64,000 bases of DNA from Solirubrobacteraceae bacterium (GTDB lineage: Bacteria; Actinomycetota; Thermoleophilia; Solirubrobacterales; Solirubrobacteraceae). A program made the position numbers and the translations under genes. Below are positions 18,106 through 27,895 of the stretch, in pieces. The notes below the pieces were generated by a model. The model saw only the letters and a program-made list of their open reading frames with translations, ran no database searches and was not told where the DNA came from. The DNA is taken from positions 9,737-73,736 of the forward strand of contig DATINR010000132.1 of NCBI GenBank assembly GCA_035473995.1, given 5' to 3'. Positions within the stretch are counted from its first letter, which is position 1, and every line of letters begins with the position of its first letter.

Positions 18106-18576
18106 ATGCCCAGCCTTGAGGAGATCACGTACGAAGCGGGTCGCCATGCGCTGGCCGATCAGGAGATGGTCGTGTCAGGGATCAGGCAGCGGACGGGCAC
18201 GCTTCTGGCCGCGCACGCTTTGGTTGCATCCTTCCTCGGGGCCGCGGCGATCCACGCGCGCGGAGTCGATGCCCTGGGCTGGACAGCGCTGATTGCGCTG
18301 GTCCTGGGACTGTGCGCTTCGGCGGTGTTGCTCGTGCCGTGGCCGATCACATTCGCGGTCGACGCACCCACGCTCTATGCCGAACTGTTTGAGCGGGCCA
18401 CCGACGATGTCGAGGCGGGCACGTTGGGTTGGCTCGCCGCCGCCGGCTATGGCTACCAGAGGCTACGCGAGCAGAACGCGCGGAAGGTGCGGTGGATGGC
18501 GTTGCTATCCGGCGTTGTCGGACTCCTGATGATCGCCCAGACCGTTTCATGGCTGGCTGCGCTGGCGCTAGAGTGA
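18106..18576 (+). CDS. Hypothetical membrane protein (about 3 TM)
   Basis: 156-aa ORF with hydrophobic segments; TACGGT-N6-ATG. Confidence 0.6.
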   Translation: MPSLEEITYEAGRHALADQEMVVSGIRQRTGTLLAAHALVASFLGAAAIHARGVDALGWTALIALVLGLCASAVLLVPWPITFAVDAPTLYAELFERATDDVEAGTLGWLAAAGYGYQRLREQNARKVRWMALLSGVVGLLMIAQTVSWLAALALE

Positions 18577-18581
18577 CGACC

Positions 18582-18710
18582 ATGACTCCCAAGCCGTTGC
18601 CACCGGACGAGATCAAGGCGCCTTCGACGGCGATTGGCATCAATCAGTTCGACGGAGGATCGGCCCACCGTCCGCGGCCGCCGAAGGCACCGGACAAGGC
18701 GAACAAATAG
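18582..18710 (+). CDS. Possible small Pro-rich protein (42 aa)
   Basis: ORF fills the gap between 18576 and the convergent gene; no family motif. Confidence 0.3.
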   Translation: MTPKPLPPDEIKAPSTAIGINQFDGGSAHRPRPPKAPDKANK

Positions 18711-18721
18711 CTCGGGACTGG

Positions 18722-19573
18722 CTAGCCCGCCAGCGCCGCGAACCGCGGGTCCCGCCGCTCCACGAAGCTGCTCACACCCTCAGCGAAGTCGGGCTCGGCG
18801 AACGAGGCGAGCATCAGCCTGTCGGCCTCGGCCAATGCGTCGGCGAGTGGTTCCTCCATCGCCGCATAGACCTGGCGCTTCATCTGCGCCATGCTCGCGG
18901 GCGAGCACTGCGTGGCGAGCTCGCGCGCGTAGGCGAGCGTCTCCTCGAGCACGGTTTCCGGGGGCGTCACGCGGTTGCACAGGCCCATCTCAACCGCCTC
19001 GCGCCCGAGCACGACGCGCCCCGAGAGCAGCAGGTCGAGCGCCCGCGCGGGGCCGACGAGGCGCGGCAGGATCCAGGAGATCCCGTGCTCGGCGACGAGG
19101 CCGCGGCGCGCGAAGGCGGTCGTCAGCTTGGCGTTCTCGGCCACGAACCGCACGTCGCACATCAACGCGAGCACGAGGCCAATGCCGGCGCAGGGGCCGT
19201 TGATCGCCGCGATCACGGGCTTGGGCAGGCCGAGCGTGAAAGTCTGCGAGGTCTGTTCCCGCGCAGCGGCTTGCGCGTCGGCGTCGGTGCCAGCGGCCGC
19301 GCCGTCTGTGCTCGCGGCGCCGTTCTCGCCGCGTGCTCCACTCACGGCGGTGCCGATGTCCTGAAGCGACTGCATGTCGGCACCGGCGCAGAATCCGCGT
19401 CCGGCGCCGGTCACGACGATCACGCGCACCTGCTCGGAGGCCGCGCACTCCCGCAGCGCGCCGAAGTACTGCTGCTCGAGCTCGCCGGTCCACGCGTTCA
19501 GCCGCTCGGGCCGGTTCAGCGTGAGCACGGCCACGCCGTCGTCGTGCACCTCTTTGAGCACCACTTCAGACAT
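18722..19573 (-). CDS. Enoyl-CoA hydratase/isomerase family
   Basis: LTLNRPERLNA, GRGFCAGAD, KPVIAAINGPCAGIG, RRGLVAEHG; GGAG RBS. Confidence 0.92.
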   Translation of the reverse strand: MSEVVLKEVHDDGVAVLTLNRPERLNAWTGELEQQYFGALRECAASEQVRVIVVTGAGRGFCAGADMQSLQDIGTAVSGARGENGAASTDGAAAGTDADAQAAAREQTSQTFTLGLPKPVIAAINGPCAGIGLVLALMCDVRFVAENAKLTTAFARRGLVAEHGISWILPRLVGPARALDLLLSGRVVLGREAVEMGLCNRVTPPETVLEETLAYARELATQCSPASMAQMKRQVYAAMEEPLADALAEADRLMLASFAEPDFAEGVSSFVERRDPRFAALAG

Positions 19574-19643
19574 CTCCACTCCTTTCGCCGCGGTCCATCG
19601 AGCGTACACGCCCTGCGCCCGAGCGCGGCCCGCGTTCTCGTCT

Positions 19644-20165
19644 CTAGGCCCGCCGCCGCCGCGCACCCAGCGCGGCCCGGGCGATCGTCAAAGGGTGGGT
19701 GAGCACCAGCGCGAGCCGGCCGGCGAGCGAGGACGGATCGTGCGCGAGCCCGAGCTGGTGCAGGATCGTGTTCTGGTCGAAGTACACGCGCTCGTTGACG
19801 AGGCGATCGCCGTCGAAGACGAAGAACGCCGTCATCTGACAGCGGAACGAGCGACCGGTCGGCGGAAGCCCACGCAATGGGCCGAGGTGCGTGCCGAGCA
19901 GGATGAACTCGACGGCGACCGTGTCGTCTGAGTGGTGCAGCTCGAGCACTTCGTTGCGCTGGTCGGGGAAGGCCGTGCGGCTCTCGGCGTAGTAGCCGCG
20001 CACGGCCTGCTCGCCGTCGTAGACCTCGCCGGTCGCGATCAGCTCGTAGCGCGGGTGGCCGAACGTGTCGATCGTCGTGTCGAAGTCGTGCACGTTCTCC
20101 GAGGCCATGTGCTCGCGCACGACCGCCTCGCGGCGCTCGCGCAGCTCAGGCGGCGGCGGAGGCAC
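19644..20165 (-). CDS. SnoaL-like ester cyclase (NTF2 fold)
   Basis: EHMASEN, TAFPDQ, GTHLGPLRGLPPTGRSF, ERVYFD; GTG start overlaps upstream ACAD. Confidence 0.8.
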   Translation of the reverse strand: MPPPPPELRERREAVVREHMASENVHDFDTTIDTFGHPRYELIATGEVYDGEQAVRGYYAESRTAFPDQRNEVLELHHSDDTVAVEFILLGTHLGPLRGLPPTGRSFRCQMTAFFVFDGDRLVNERVYFDQNTILHQLGLAHDPSSLAGRLALVLTHPLTIARAALGARRRRA

Positions 20166-21168
20166 TGACCTTGTCGGCCAGGATCGCGGCGATCCGGGCG
20201 CGGTGGCGCTTGGCGCCGCCGAGCAGCGCGGCGTCGACCTGGGCACGCTTGAACAGCCAGTGCACGTCGGCCTCCCAGGTGAAGCCGATGCCGCCGTGCA
20301 TCTGGATCGCGGCGGCCGTCACCTCGCGCCCGGCGTCGGACGCCGCGGCCTTGGCCATCGCTGCGGTCTCGGCGAGGCGCTCGGGGTCGGCGTCGGCCGT
20401 CCACGCGGCGAGGGCGGCCGTCGAGCGCGCCTTCTCGGTGTCGAGCAGCATCTGCGCGCAGCGGTGCGAGACGGCCTGGTAGGAGGCGACGGGCACGCCG
20501 AACTGTTTGCGGTCCTTGACGTACTCGACGGTCATCGAGAGCGCGCGCTCGCACACGCCGACGAGCTCGGAGCTGACGCAGATCAGCGCACGGCCGAGGC
20601 CGGCGCAGCCGTCGGGCAACTCCTCGCCCGAGCCGCTCGCGCTGACAGCCGCGGCCGAGCGCGTCGGGTCGATCGACTCGATCGGCGTCAGCTCGGCGTC
20701 CTCGGCTGCGAGCACGCGCGCGCTGCCGTCGTTTTCGACGAGCACGATCACCTGCGCGTCGGGGGCGCCGATCACGAGCTCGGCCGTGCCGTCGACGGCG
20801 GCGCCGAGCGCGCCGACGGTCTCGCCGGAGGCAAGGCCGGGGAGCCACTTCTCGCACAGCTCGGGCGAGCCGCCGTGCTCGATCACGGTCGCGGCCATCG
20901 CGCTGGCGAGGAACGGCACGGGCGCGAGCGCGCGGCCGAGCTCCTCACAGAGGATCGAGAGCTCGATCTGGCCGAGCCCCTGGCCGCCGTACTGCTCGGA
21001 GACGGCGATTCCGGGCCAGCCGAGCTCGCTCAGCTCCTTCCACAGCGCCGTGTCGAGCGTGCGCGCCTCGGCGTGCTCGCGCACGCGCGCCGGCGTGGCG
21101 CGTTCTCCGAGCAGGTCGCTCGCTGTGCGTTGGATGTCGCGCTGGTCGTCGGTGAGGCCGAAGTCCAT
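20146..21168 (-). CDS. Acyl-CoA dehydrogenase, short (beta-type) subunit
   Basis: RKQFGVPVASYQAVSHRCA, QMHGGIGFTWE; 340 aa; 1-bp overlap with partner. Confidence 0.9.
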   Translation of the reverse strand: MDFGLTDDQRDIQRTASDLLGERATPARVREHAEARTLDTALWKELSELGWPGIAVSEQYGGQGLGQIELSILCEELGRALAPVPFLASAMAATVIEHGGSPELCEKWLPGLASGETVGALGAAVDGTAELVIGAPDAQVIVLVENDGSARVLAAEDAELTPIESIDPTRSAAAVSASGSGEELPDGCAGLGRALICVSSELVGVCERALSMTVEYVKDRKQFGVPVASYQAVSHRCAQMLLDTEKARSTAALAAWTADADPERLAETAAMAKAAASDAGREVTAAAIQMHGGIGFTWEADVHWLFKRAQVDAALLGGAKRHRARIAAILADKVSASAAA

Positions 21169-22319
21169 CAGGCGGCGACCTTCAGGCGGGGAAGTCCGAG
21201 CACGCGCTCGGCGACGATGTTCTTGAGGACCTCGGTCGTGCCGCCCTCGATCGTGTTGCCGCGGGCGCGCAGCAGCTCATAGCCCCAGCTCGTGCCGATC
21301 GTCAGCGCGTCGGGGCCGACGATGTCGACGGCGAGCTGGGTCAGGCGTTGGTTGGTGTCCGACCACAGCCACTTGACGAGCGAGCCCTCGGGGCCGGGCT
21401 GGCCGTAGCGCTCGACGTCGGTCAGGCCCTTCCAGGCGAGCAGGCGGATCGACTCGCAGCGCACGTGCAGCTCGGCGAGCGCGTCGCCGTACAGCGGGTC
21501 CTCGAGCAGGCCGCGCTCGGCGGCGATCGCGATCACGTCGTCGAGCAGCTGGCGCAGGCGGATCTGCAGCGCGAAGCCGAGGCCGGCGCGCTCGTTCATC
21601 AGCGTCGTCAGCGCGACCTTCCAGCCGTTGCCGACGCCGCCGACGACGTTGGCGTCGGGGATCCGCGCCTCCTCCAAGAACAGCTCGTTGAACTCGGCCT
21701 CGCCGGTGATCTGGCGCAGCGGGCGAATCTGCACGGCGTCCTGCTCCATGTCCATCAGGAAGTACGTCAGGCCCTTGTGCTTGGGCACGTCTGAGTCGGT
21801 GCGCGCGACGAGCATGCACCACTTGGAGTACTGCGCGCCGCTCGTCCACACCTTCTGGCCGGTGACGACCCACTCGTCGCCGTCTTTGACGGCGCGCGTT
21901 TTCAGCGCGGCGAGGTCCGAGCCGGCATCAGGCTCGGAGAAGCCCTGGCACCAGATCTCCTCGGCCGAGAGGATCGGTGACAGATAGCGCTCCTTCTGCT
22001 CGTCGGTGCCCCACACCATCAGCGTCGGGCCGCCGAGCAGCAGGCCGAGCACGTTGGCGGGCAGCGGCACGCGTGCGCGGCCGAGCTCTTCGAAGTAGAT
22101 CGCGGACTCGCTCAGCGAGGCGCCGCGCCCGCCGTACTCGGTCGGCCACGCGGGGGCGGCCCAGCCGGCGTCGTAGAGGCGGCGCTGCCAGTCCCGGCGC
22201 CAGGCGTAGTGCGCGTCCTCGCCGCCGTCGGTCGGGGCGGCGTCGGGCTGGTTGCCGGAGAGCCACTCGCGCAGCTCGTCGCGGAAGGCGATCTCCTTCT
22301 CGCTGAAGGTCAGGTCCAT
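21168..22319 (-). CDS. Acyl-CoA dehydrogenase, catalytic (alpha-type) subunit
   Basis: WCQGFSEPDAGSDLAAL, GQKVWTS, TLMNER, TIEGGTTEV. Confidence 0.93.
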   Translation of the reverse strand: MDLTFSEKEIAFRDELREWLSGNQPDAAPTDGGEDAHYAWRRDWQRRLYDAGWAAPAWPTEYGGRGASLSESAIYFEELGRARVPLPANVLGLLLGGPTLMVWGTDEQKERYLSPILSAEEIWCQGFSEPDAGSDLAALKTRAVKDGDEWVVTGQKVWTSGAQYSKWCMLVARTDSDVPKHKGLTYFLMDMEQDAVQIRPLRQITGEAEFNELFLEEARIPDANVVGGVGNGWKVALTTLMNERAGLGFALQIRLRQLLDDVIAIAAERGLLEDPLYGDALAELHVRCESIRLLAWKGLTDVERYGQPGPEGSLVKWLWSDTNQRLTQLAVDIVGPDALTIGTSWGYELLRARGNTIEGGTTEVLKNIVAERVLGLPRLKVAA

Positions 22320-22446
22320 CGCAGCAAGCGTATCCCAGGAAGGAACTCGACGGAACTGCGACACGCGATCCGATCTGTCTCACCGCTTGATCTGCGGAGA
22401 CGCGGTGGATCTGCGCGCCGGGGGCGAGAGTATTTTTGATCAGTTG

Positions 22447-23586
22447 ATGACCGCCGAGGACTCGAGCCAGCGCATCGCGCACCTCGATGCAGACGCCTTC
22501 TACGTCTCGATCGAGCTGACCCGCCGCCCGGAGCTGCGCGGCCTGCCGGTCGTCGTCTCGGGCACGGGGCCGCGCGCGGTCGTGACGACGGCGAGCTACG
22601 AGGCGCGCAAGTACGGCGTCGGCTCGGCGATCCCGGCCTCGCGCGCACGCCGGCTGTGCCCGCAGGCGGTGTTCCTGCCGCCCGACTTCCCGACCTACCG
22701 CGCCGTCTCGCGCACGATGATGGACCTCGTGCGCGCGCACGTGGAGCGGGTCGAGGTCGTGGGGCTCGACGAGGCCTACCTCGACCTGACCGGCTTGCAC
22801 TCGCCGAACGCGGCGATGCGCAGGCTGATCGCCGAGATCAAGCGCGCCACGCAGCTGACGTGCTCGGTCGGGATCGGCCCGAACAAGCTCGTCGCGAAGG
22901 TCGCCTCGGACGCGGAGAAGCCGGCGGGCTTCGTCGTGCTCTCGCGCGAGCAGGCGTGTGAGCGCTTCGCGCAGTCCCCGCCTGGGCTGATCCCGGGGAT
23001 CGGGCCGAAGACGGCGGCGCGGCTGGCCGAGCTCGGCCTGCACACGCTCGCGGCCGTCGCGGCGGCGCCCGAGGAGCAGCTCACGGCGCGCTTCGGGCCG
23101 AACCTCGGCCGCCAGTTGCAGCGCCGCGCGTGCTTTGAAAGCGACGGCGAGGTCGGCGCGGCGCGCAAGGTCGTCTCGGAGTCGCGCGAGCGCACGTTCG
23201 ACTACGACATCAGCGACTTCGCGCAACTGACCGAGTCGCTCGCGGCGATGACGCGCTCGCTCTGCGACAGCCTGACCATGCACGGTCGGCGCGGGCGCAC
23301 GATCGGGATCAAGGTGCGCCTGGACGACTGGACGACGATCACGCGCGCCCGCTCGATCGAGCAGCCGACGTGCGAGTACGAGACGGTCGCGGCCGTTGCG
23401 CTGAAGCTGCTCGAGGAGAACGCGCCGCAGCGGCCGGTGCGGCTGCTCGGCGTGCGCGTGGCCGGACTGACGCACGGCGAGGGCGCCGAGGGCAGCGCAG
23501 GGACGAGCGCGGGTGAGGCCGCTCAGGGCGCCGCCGGGCCGGGCGACGGGGGCGAGGCGATCACGCAGATGGCGCTCCCCGTCTAG
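22447..23586 (+). CDS. dinB: DNA polymerase IV (Y family)
   Basis: HLDADAFY, SYEARKYGV, GLDEAYLD, NKLVAKVASD..KP, little-finger RLLGVRV. Confidence 0.93.
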   Translation: MTAEDSSQRIAHLDADAFYVSIELTRRPELRGLPVVVSGTGPRAVVTTASYEARKYGVGSAIPASRARRLCPQAVFLPPDFPTYRAVSRTMMDLVRAHVERVEVVGLDEAYLDLTGLHSPNAAMRRLIAEIKRATQLTCSVGIGPNKLVAKVASDAEKPAGFVVLSREQACERFAQSPPGLIPGIGPKTAARLAELGLHTLAAVAAAPEEQLTARFGPNLGRQLQRRACFESDGEVGAARKVVSESRERTFDYDISDFAQLTESLAAMTRSLCDSLTMHGRRGRTIGIKVRLDDWTTITRARSIEQPTCEYETVAAVALKLLEENAPQRPVRLLGVRVAGLTHGEGAEGSAGTSAGEAAQGAAGPGDGGEAITQMALPV

Positions 23587-23595
23587 GATCCAGGC

Positions 23596-24408
23596 ATGAC
23601 CGTCGTCTCCGCCGGCGAGATCGAGCTCGACTACGAACGCAGCGGCAACGCTTCCGGGCCGCCGCTGCTGTTGATCATGGGCATGAGCGGCACGGCGCTC
23701 CACTGGGGCGAACCGTTCCTCGAGCTGCTGCGCGCCGACTTCGACGTGATCGCCTACGACCACCGCGGCGTCGGCGCGAGCACGCCGCCGGAGGGTCCGG
23801 TCACGATCCGCCAGATGGCCGACGACGCAGCGGGCCTGCTCGCGGCGCTCGAGCTCGACTCGGCGCACGTGCTGGGCATCTCGATGGGCGGCATGATCGC
23901 GCAGGAGCTGGCGCTCGAGCACCGCGAGCGGATCCGCACGCTGACGCTCGGCTGCACCTACTGCGGCGGCCCGGGCAGCGCGCTCGCCTCCGAAGCGGTG
24001 ACGGGCAAGCTCGGCGCGGCGATGGCCTCGGGCGACATGGAACGGGCGACCCGTGCCGCCTGGGAGATCAACGTCTCGCCTGCAATGGCCGCCGACGAGC
24101 AGGCGTGGGAGCGGTTCCGCGCGACCGGCATGCGCCGGGCCGTGGCTGTGCCCGTGATCGTGCAGCAGCTGCAAGCCTGCGCGGCGCACGACACCTACGA
24201 GCGCCTGCCCGAGCTGGCGGGGCTGCCGACGCTCGTGATCCACGGCACCGAGGACGAACTGCTGCCGGTGCAGAACGGCAAGCTGATCGCCTCGCGCATC
24301 CCCGGCTCGCAGCTGGAGATCTTCGACGGCGTCGGGCACCTGTTCTTCTGGGAGCGCCCCGAGCGCTCGGCCGAGCTCGTGCGCGCGCTTGCCTCCGTCC
24401 CAGCCTGA
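23596..24408 (+). CDS. Alpha/beta-fold hydrolase
   Basis: YDHRGVGAS, GISMGG, HGTEDELL, GHL; TAGGAT-N6-ATG. Confidence 0.9.
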   Translation: MTVVSAGEIELDYERSGNASGPPLLLIMGMSGTALHWGEPFLELLRADFDVIAYDHRGVGASTPPEGPVTIRQMADDAAGLLAALELDSAHVLGISMGGMIAQELALEHRERIRTLTLGCTYCGGPGSALASEAVTGKLGAAMASGDMERATRAAWEINVSPAMAADEQAWERFRATGMRRAVAVPVIVQQLQACAAHDTYERLPELAGLPTLVIHGTEDELLPVQNGKLIASRIPGSQLEIFDGVGHLFFWERPERSAELVRALASVPA

Positions 24409-25237
24409 GGAGCTGAACGTCGAGACCGGCGGCGTCACGCTGTCGGGCGAGCGCGTGGGGGAGGGCGTGCCGATCGTGTTGCTGCATGGGTTGACGGCGA
24501 CGCGCCGCTACGTCGTGATGGGTTCGCGAGCGCTCGAGCGCTCGGGTCATCTCGTCGTCTCCTACGACGCGCGCGGGCACGGGCGCTCCTCGCCGGCGCC
24601 GAAGCCGGGCGCCTACGGCTACGAGCTGCTTGCGGCGGACCTCGTCGCCGTGCTCGACGAGCTTGGCCTCGAGCGGGCCGTGCTGGCGGGCGCCTCGATG
24701 GGCGCGCACACGGCGCTCGCGCTCGCGCTGTCGGCGCCCGAGCGCGTCGCCGGGCTGGTGCTGATCACGCCGTCCTTCGACCCCGGCGATCCGCGCGAGC
24801 ACAGTGAGCTGGCGCGCTGGGATGCGCTCGCGCGGGGGCTGCGCGAGGGCGGCGTCGACGGCTTCGTCGCGGCCTATGACTTGGACGAGGTGCCCGAGGC
24901 GTGGCGCGCGACGGTAGAGACCGTGCTGCGCCAGCGCCTGTCCGCGCACGAGCACCCGCTCGCCGTTGCCGACGCGCTGGAAGCCGTGCCGCGCTCGCAC
25001 CCGTTCGAGCGGATCGAGCAGCTGGGGGCGCTGCGCATGCCGACGGTCGTCGTCGGCAGTCGCGACGAAGCCGATCCGGGGCATCCGCTGGCCGTGGCCG
25101 AGCGCTACGCCGCCGCGATTCCCGGCGCGCGACTGGTCGTGGAGGACGCCGCGGAGCCCGCGCGCTCGCCGATCGCCTGGCAGGGGGGACAGCTCTCTCG
25201 CGTGATCGCCGAACTCGCCTCGCCGTCTTCGTCCTGA
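24389..25237 (+). CDS. Alpha/beta-fold hydrolase
   Basis: LLHGL, YDARGHGRS, GASMGA; 20-bp overlap with previous gene. Confidence 0.85.
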   Translation: MPPSQPEELNVETGGVTLSGERVGEGVPIVLLHGLTATRRYVVMGSRALERSGHLVVSYDARGHGRSSPAPKPGAYGYELLAADLVAVLDELGLERAVLAGASMGAHTALALALSAPERVAGLVLITPSFDPGDPREHSELARWDALARGLREGGVDGFVAAYDLDEVPEAWRATVETVLRQRLSAHEHPLAVADALEAVPRSHPFERIEQLGALRMPTVVVGSRDEADPGHPLAVAERYAAAIPGARLVVEDAAEPARSPIAWQGGQLSRVIAELASPSSS

Positions 25238-25246
25238 TTATTGATA

Positions 25247-25260
25247 TACGTGATAACGTA
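25247..25260. promoter_or_regulatory. Palindrome TACGT-GATA-ACGTA overlapping -10-like TAACGT
   Basis: In an AT-rich 30-bp gap before the methyltransferase. Confidence 0.35.
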
Positions 25261-25267
25261 CAAGCGT

Positions 25268-26032
25268 ATGCCAGAGACGCGGACATGGGACGGCAGCAGC
25301 TACGACCGGATCTCCGGTCCGATGGAGGCGCTCGGCCTGGCCGTGCTCTCGCGCCTGGAGCTCACCGGCGATGAGACGGTGCTCGACGCGGGCTGTGGCT
25401 CGGGGCGGATCACGCAGGCGCTGATCGAGCGGCTGCCGGAGGGGCATGTCGTCGCCGCCGACGCGTCCGCCTCGATGGTCGCCGCCGCGCGCGAGCGGCT
25501 GCCCGGCGCCGACGTGCGCCGGATCGATCTGCTCGAGCTCGACCTCGCCGCGCTCGGCCTGAGCGAGCCGCTCGACGCGATCCTCTCGACGGCCACCTTC
25601 CACTGGATCCTCGATCACGATGCCCTGTTCCGGCGGGTGCGCGGCGTGCTGCGCGCGGGTGGGCGGCTCGTCGCGCAGTGCGGCGGGCGCGGCAACATCG
25701 ACGTGCTGCGCGGGCATGCGCACGATGTGCTCGCGCGCGAACCGTACGCCGCGCACTTCGGCGACTTCCGCCAGCCGTGGAACTACGCCGGGCCCGAGGA
25801 GACGCAGCGACGGCTGCTCGATGCCGGCTTCGCCGAGGCCGAGTGCTGGCTCGAGCCGGCGCCGAAGGAGCCCGATCAGCCGCGCGAGTTCCTCTCGACG
25901 ATCGTGCTCGGGCCCCACTACCAGCACCTGCCCGAGGATCTGCGCGAGCCGTTCATCGACGACGTGCTCGCCGAGCTGGGCGAGCCCGTGGTCGTCGACT
26001 ACGTGCGACTGAACATCGACGCTACGGCGTAG
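25268..26032 (+). CDS. Class I SAM-dependent methyltransferase (Tam-like)
   Basis: VLDAGCGSG, ILSTATFHWI, LRAGGRLVAQCGG. Confidence 0.88.
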   Translation: MPETRTWDGSSYDRISGPMEALGLAVLSRLELTGDETVLDAGCGSGRITQALIERLPEGHVVAADASASMVAAARERLPGADVRRIDLLELDLAALGLSEPLDAILSTATFHWILDHDALFRRVRGVLRAGGRLVAQCGGRGNIDVLRGHAHDVLAREPYAAHFGDFRQPWNYAGPEETQRRLLDAGFAEAECWLEPAPKEPDQPREFLSTIVLGPHYQHLPEDLREPFIDDVLAELGEPVVVDYVRLNIDATA

Positions 26033-27860
26033 CCACGGCGACGTCGACGCCGCGCAGCAGCTCCGCGTAGCGGCCGCCGCGCTCGACCAGCTCCTCGTGC
26101 GTGCCGCGCTCGACGATCTGACCGGCGTCGAGCACGAGGATCTGGTCGGCGTCGCGGATCGTCGAGAGGCGGTGGGCGATCGCGATCGTCGTGCGCCCGC
26201 GCGCGAGCTCGTCGAGCGCGTGCTGCACGGCGCGCTCGGTCTCGTTGTCTAGCGCCGAAGTCGCCTCGTCGAGGATCAGCACCGGCGGATTTCGCAGCAC
26301 CGTGCGCGCGATCGCCATGCGCTGCTTCTCCCCGCCCGAGAAGCGGTAGCCGCGCTCGCCGACCGGCGTGTCATACCCATCCGGCAGCGAGGCGATCAGC
26401 TCGTGGATCTGCGCCGCGCGGGCCGCGTCTTCGATCTGCTCGTCCGTGGCCTCGGGGCACGCGAAGCGCAGGTTCTCGCGGATCGAGGCATGGAACAGGT
26501 AGGTCTCCTGCGAGACGAGCCCGACCGTCGCCGCCAGCGAGGCGAGCGTCATGTCGCGGATGTCGACGCCGTCGATGCTCACGCTGCCGCGCTCGGGCTC
26601 GTACAGGCGTGCGACGAGATAGGCCAGCGTCGTCTTGCCCGAGCCCGTCTCGCCGACCAGGGCCGTCGTGCTGCCCGCGGGGATCTCGGCGGAGATGGCC
26701 GACAACGTCCACGGCGAGTCGGCGGCGTAGCGAAACCAGACGTCCGCCAGACGCACATCGCCGCGCACGTCGCCGATCGCCCGTGCATCCGGGTGCTCGA
26801 CGATGTCGACCGGCAGATCGAGGTACTCGAAGATACGGCCGAAAAGCGCCAGCGAGGTCTGCACTTCGAGGCCGACCGAGAGCAGCGACTGAATCGGGAA
26901 CAGCAGGCGCGTCTGCAGCGTCGTGAAGGCGACGACCGTGCCGATCGAGATCGCGTTGCCGCCTGAGCCGTGATCGACGCCCGAGAACAGGTACACGAGC
27001 GCGGGCATGATCGCGAAGCTCATCTGCACCGAGGCCATGCGCCAGCGCCCGGCCATCCGCGCGCGCACCTCCAGGTCGGCGAGCTCGCCCGACTCGCCGC
27101 TGAAGCGCCTGACGAGCTCGGGCGAGCGGCCCATCGTCTTGCCGAGCAGGATGCCCGAGACCGAGAGCGACTCCTCGACGAGCGTCGACATGTCGGCGAG
27201 GCGACTCTGCCTGACCGACTGGATGCGCCGGCGCTCCTCGCCGACGCGGCGGGTCAGCCACACGAAGAAGGGGAGCAGCACGAGCGAGAACGCGGCCAGA
27301 CGCCAGTCCAGCAGCACCATCGCGACGACCGTCGCCATCACCGTCGTCACGTTCTGAACGATCGAGGTCGCCGTCGAGGTGACGACGCTGTCGACGCCGC
27401 CGATGTCGTTGGCGATCCGCGACTGCACCTCGCCCGTGCGCGTGTGCGTGAAGAAGGCCAGCGACATGCGCTGCAGGTGCGCGTAGACGGCCGCGCGCAG
27501 GTCGTGCATCACGCGCTGGCCGACCTGGTTGGAGATCCACGTCTGCGCGACGCCGATCACGCTCGTGATGATCGACAGCGCGATCATCCCCGAGACGAGC
27601 TCGATCACCAACGTCGTGTCGTGCTGCGGATAGGCCTTGTTGATGAATTCCCGCAGCAGGAACGGACTGATCACGCCGAGTCCCGCCGAGACGAAGATCA
27701 GGCCGAGCAGCAGGCTCAGGCGGGGGCGGTAGGGTCGGAACAGGCGAGCTACGCGCCTGAGTGAGACCGGGGTCGAGGGTACGTCCTCGGGCCGGAGCTC
27801 CGGACGCGGCGAGTGGCGTCCTTCCCCCGAGCGGCCCTGAGAGAAGGGCTGGCTGCTCAC
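26022..27860 (-). CDS. ABC exporter, fused permease/ATPase half transporter
   Basis: TM domain, Walker A GETGSGKT, signature FSGGEKQR, Walker B LILDEATSALD, AHRLST. Confidence 0.95.
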   Translation of the reverse strand: MSSQPFSQGRSGEGRHSPRPELRPEDVPSTPVSLRRVARLFRPYRPRLSLLLGLIFVSAGLGVISPFLLREFINKAYPQHDTTLVIELVSGMIALSIITSVIGVAQTWISNQVGQRVMHDLRAAVYAHLQRMSLAFFTHTRTGEVQSRIANDIGGVDSVVTSTATSIVQNVTTVMATVVAMVLLDWRLAAFSLVLLPFFVWLTRRVGEERRRIQSVRQSRLADMSTLVEESLSVSGILLGKTMGRSPELVRRFSGESGELADLEVRARMAGRWRMASVQMSFAIMPALVYLFSGVDHGSGGNAISIGTVVAFTTLQTRLLFPIQSLLSVGLEVQTSLALFGRIFEYLDLPVDIVEHPDARAIGDVRGDVRLADVWFRYAADSPWTLSAISAEIPAGSTTALVGETGSGKTTLAYLVARLYEPERGSVSIDGVDIRDMTLASLAATVGLVSQETYLFHASIRENLRFACPEATDEQIEDAARAAQIHELIASLPDGYDTPVGERGYRFSGGEKQRMAIARTVLRNPPVLILDEATSALDNETERAVQHALDELARGRTTIAIAHRLSTIRDADQILVLDAGQIVERGTHEELVERGGRYAELLRGVDVAVATP

Positions 27861-27895
27861 GTATCGAGGGTAGCGGCGGCGATAGCTTGAGTCCT

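Noticed and set aside
22320-22446. Searched for an SOS box upstream of dinB
   Set aside because: No GAAC-N4-GTTC-like sequence found; only a short AT-rich patch
21928-24438. 836-aa minus-strand ORF
   Set aside because: Antisense shadow of dinB and a hydrolase; stop-poor frames are expected at this GC; no motifs
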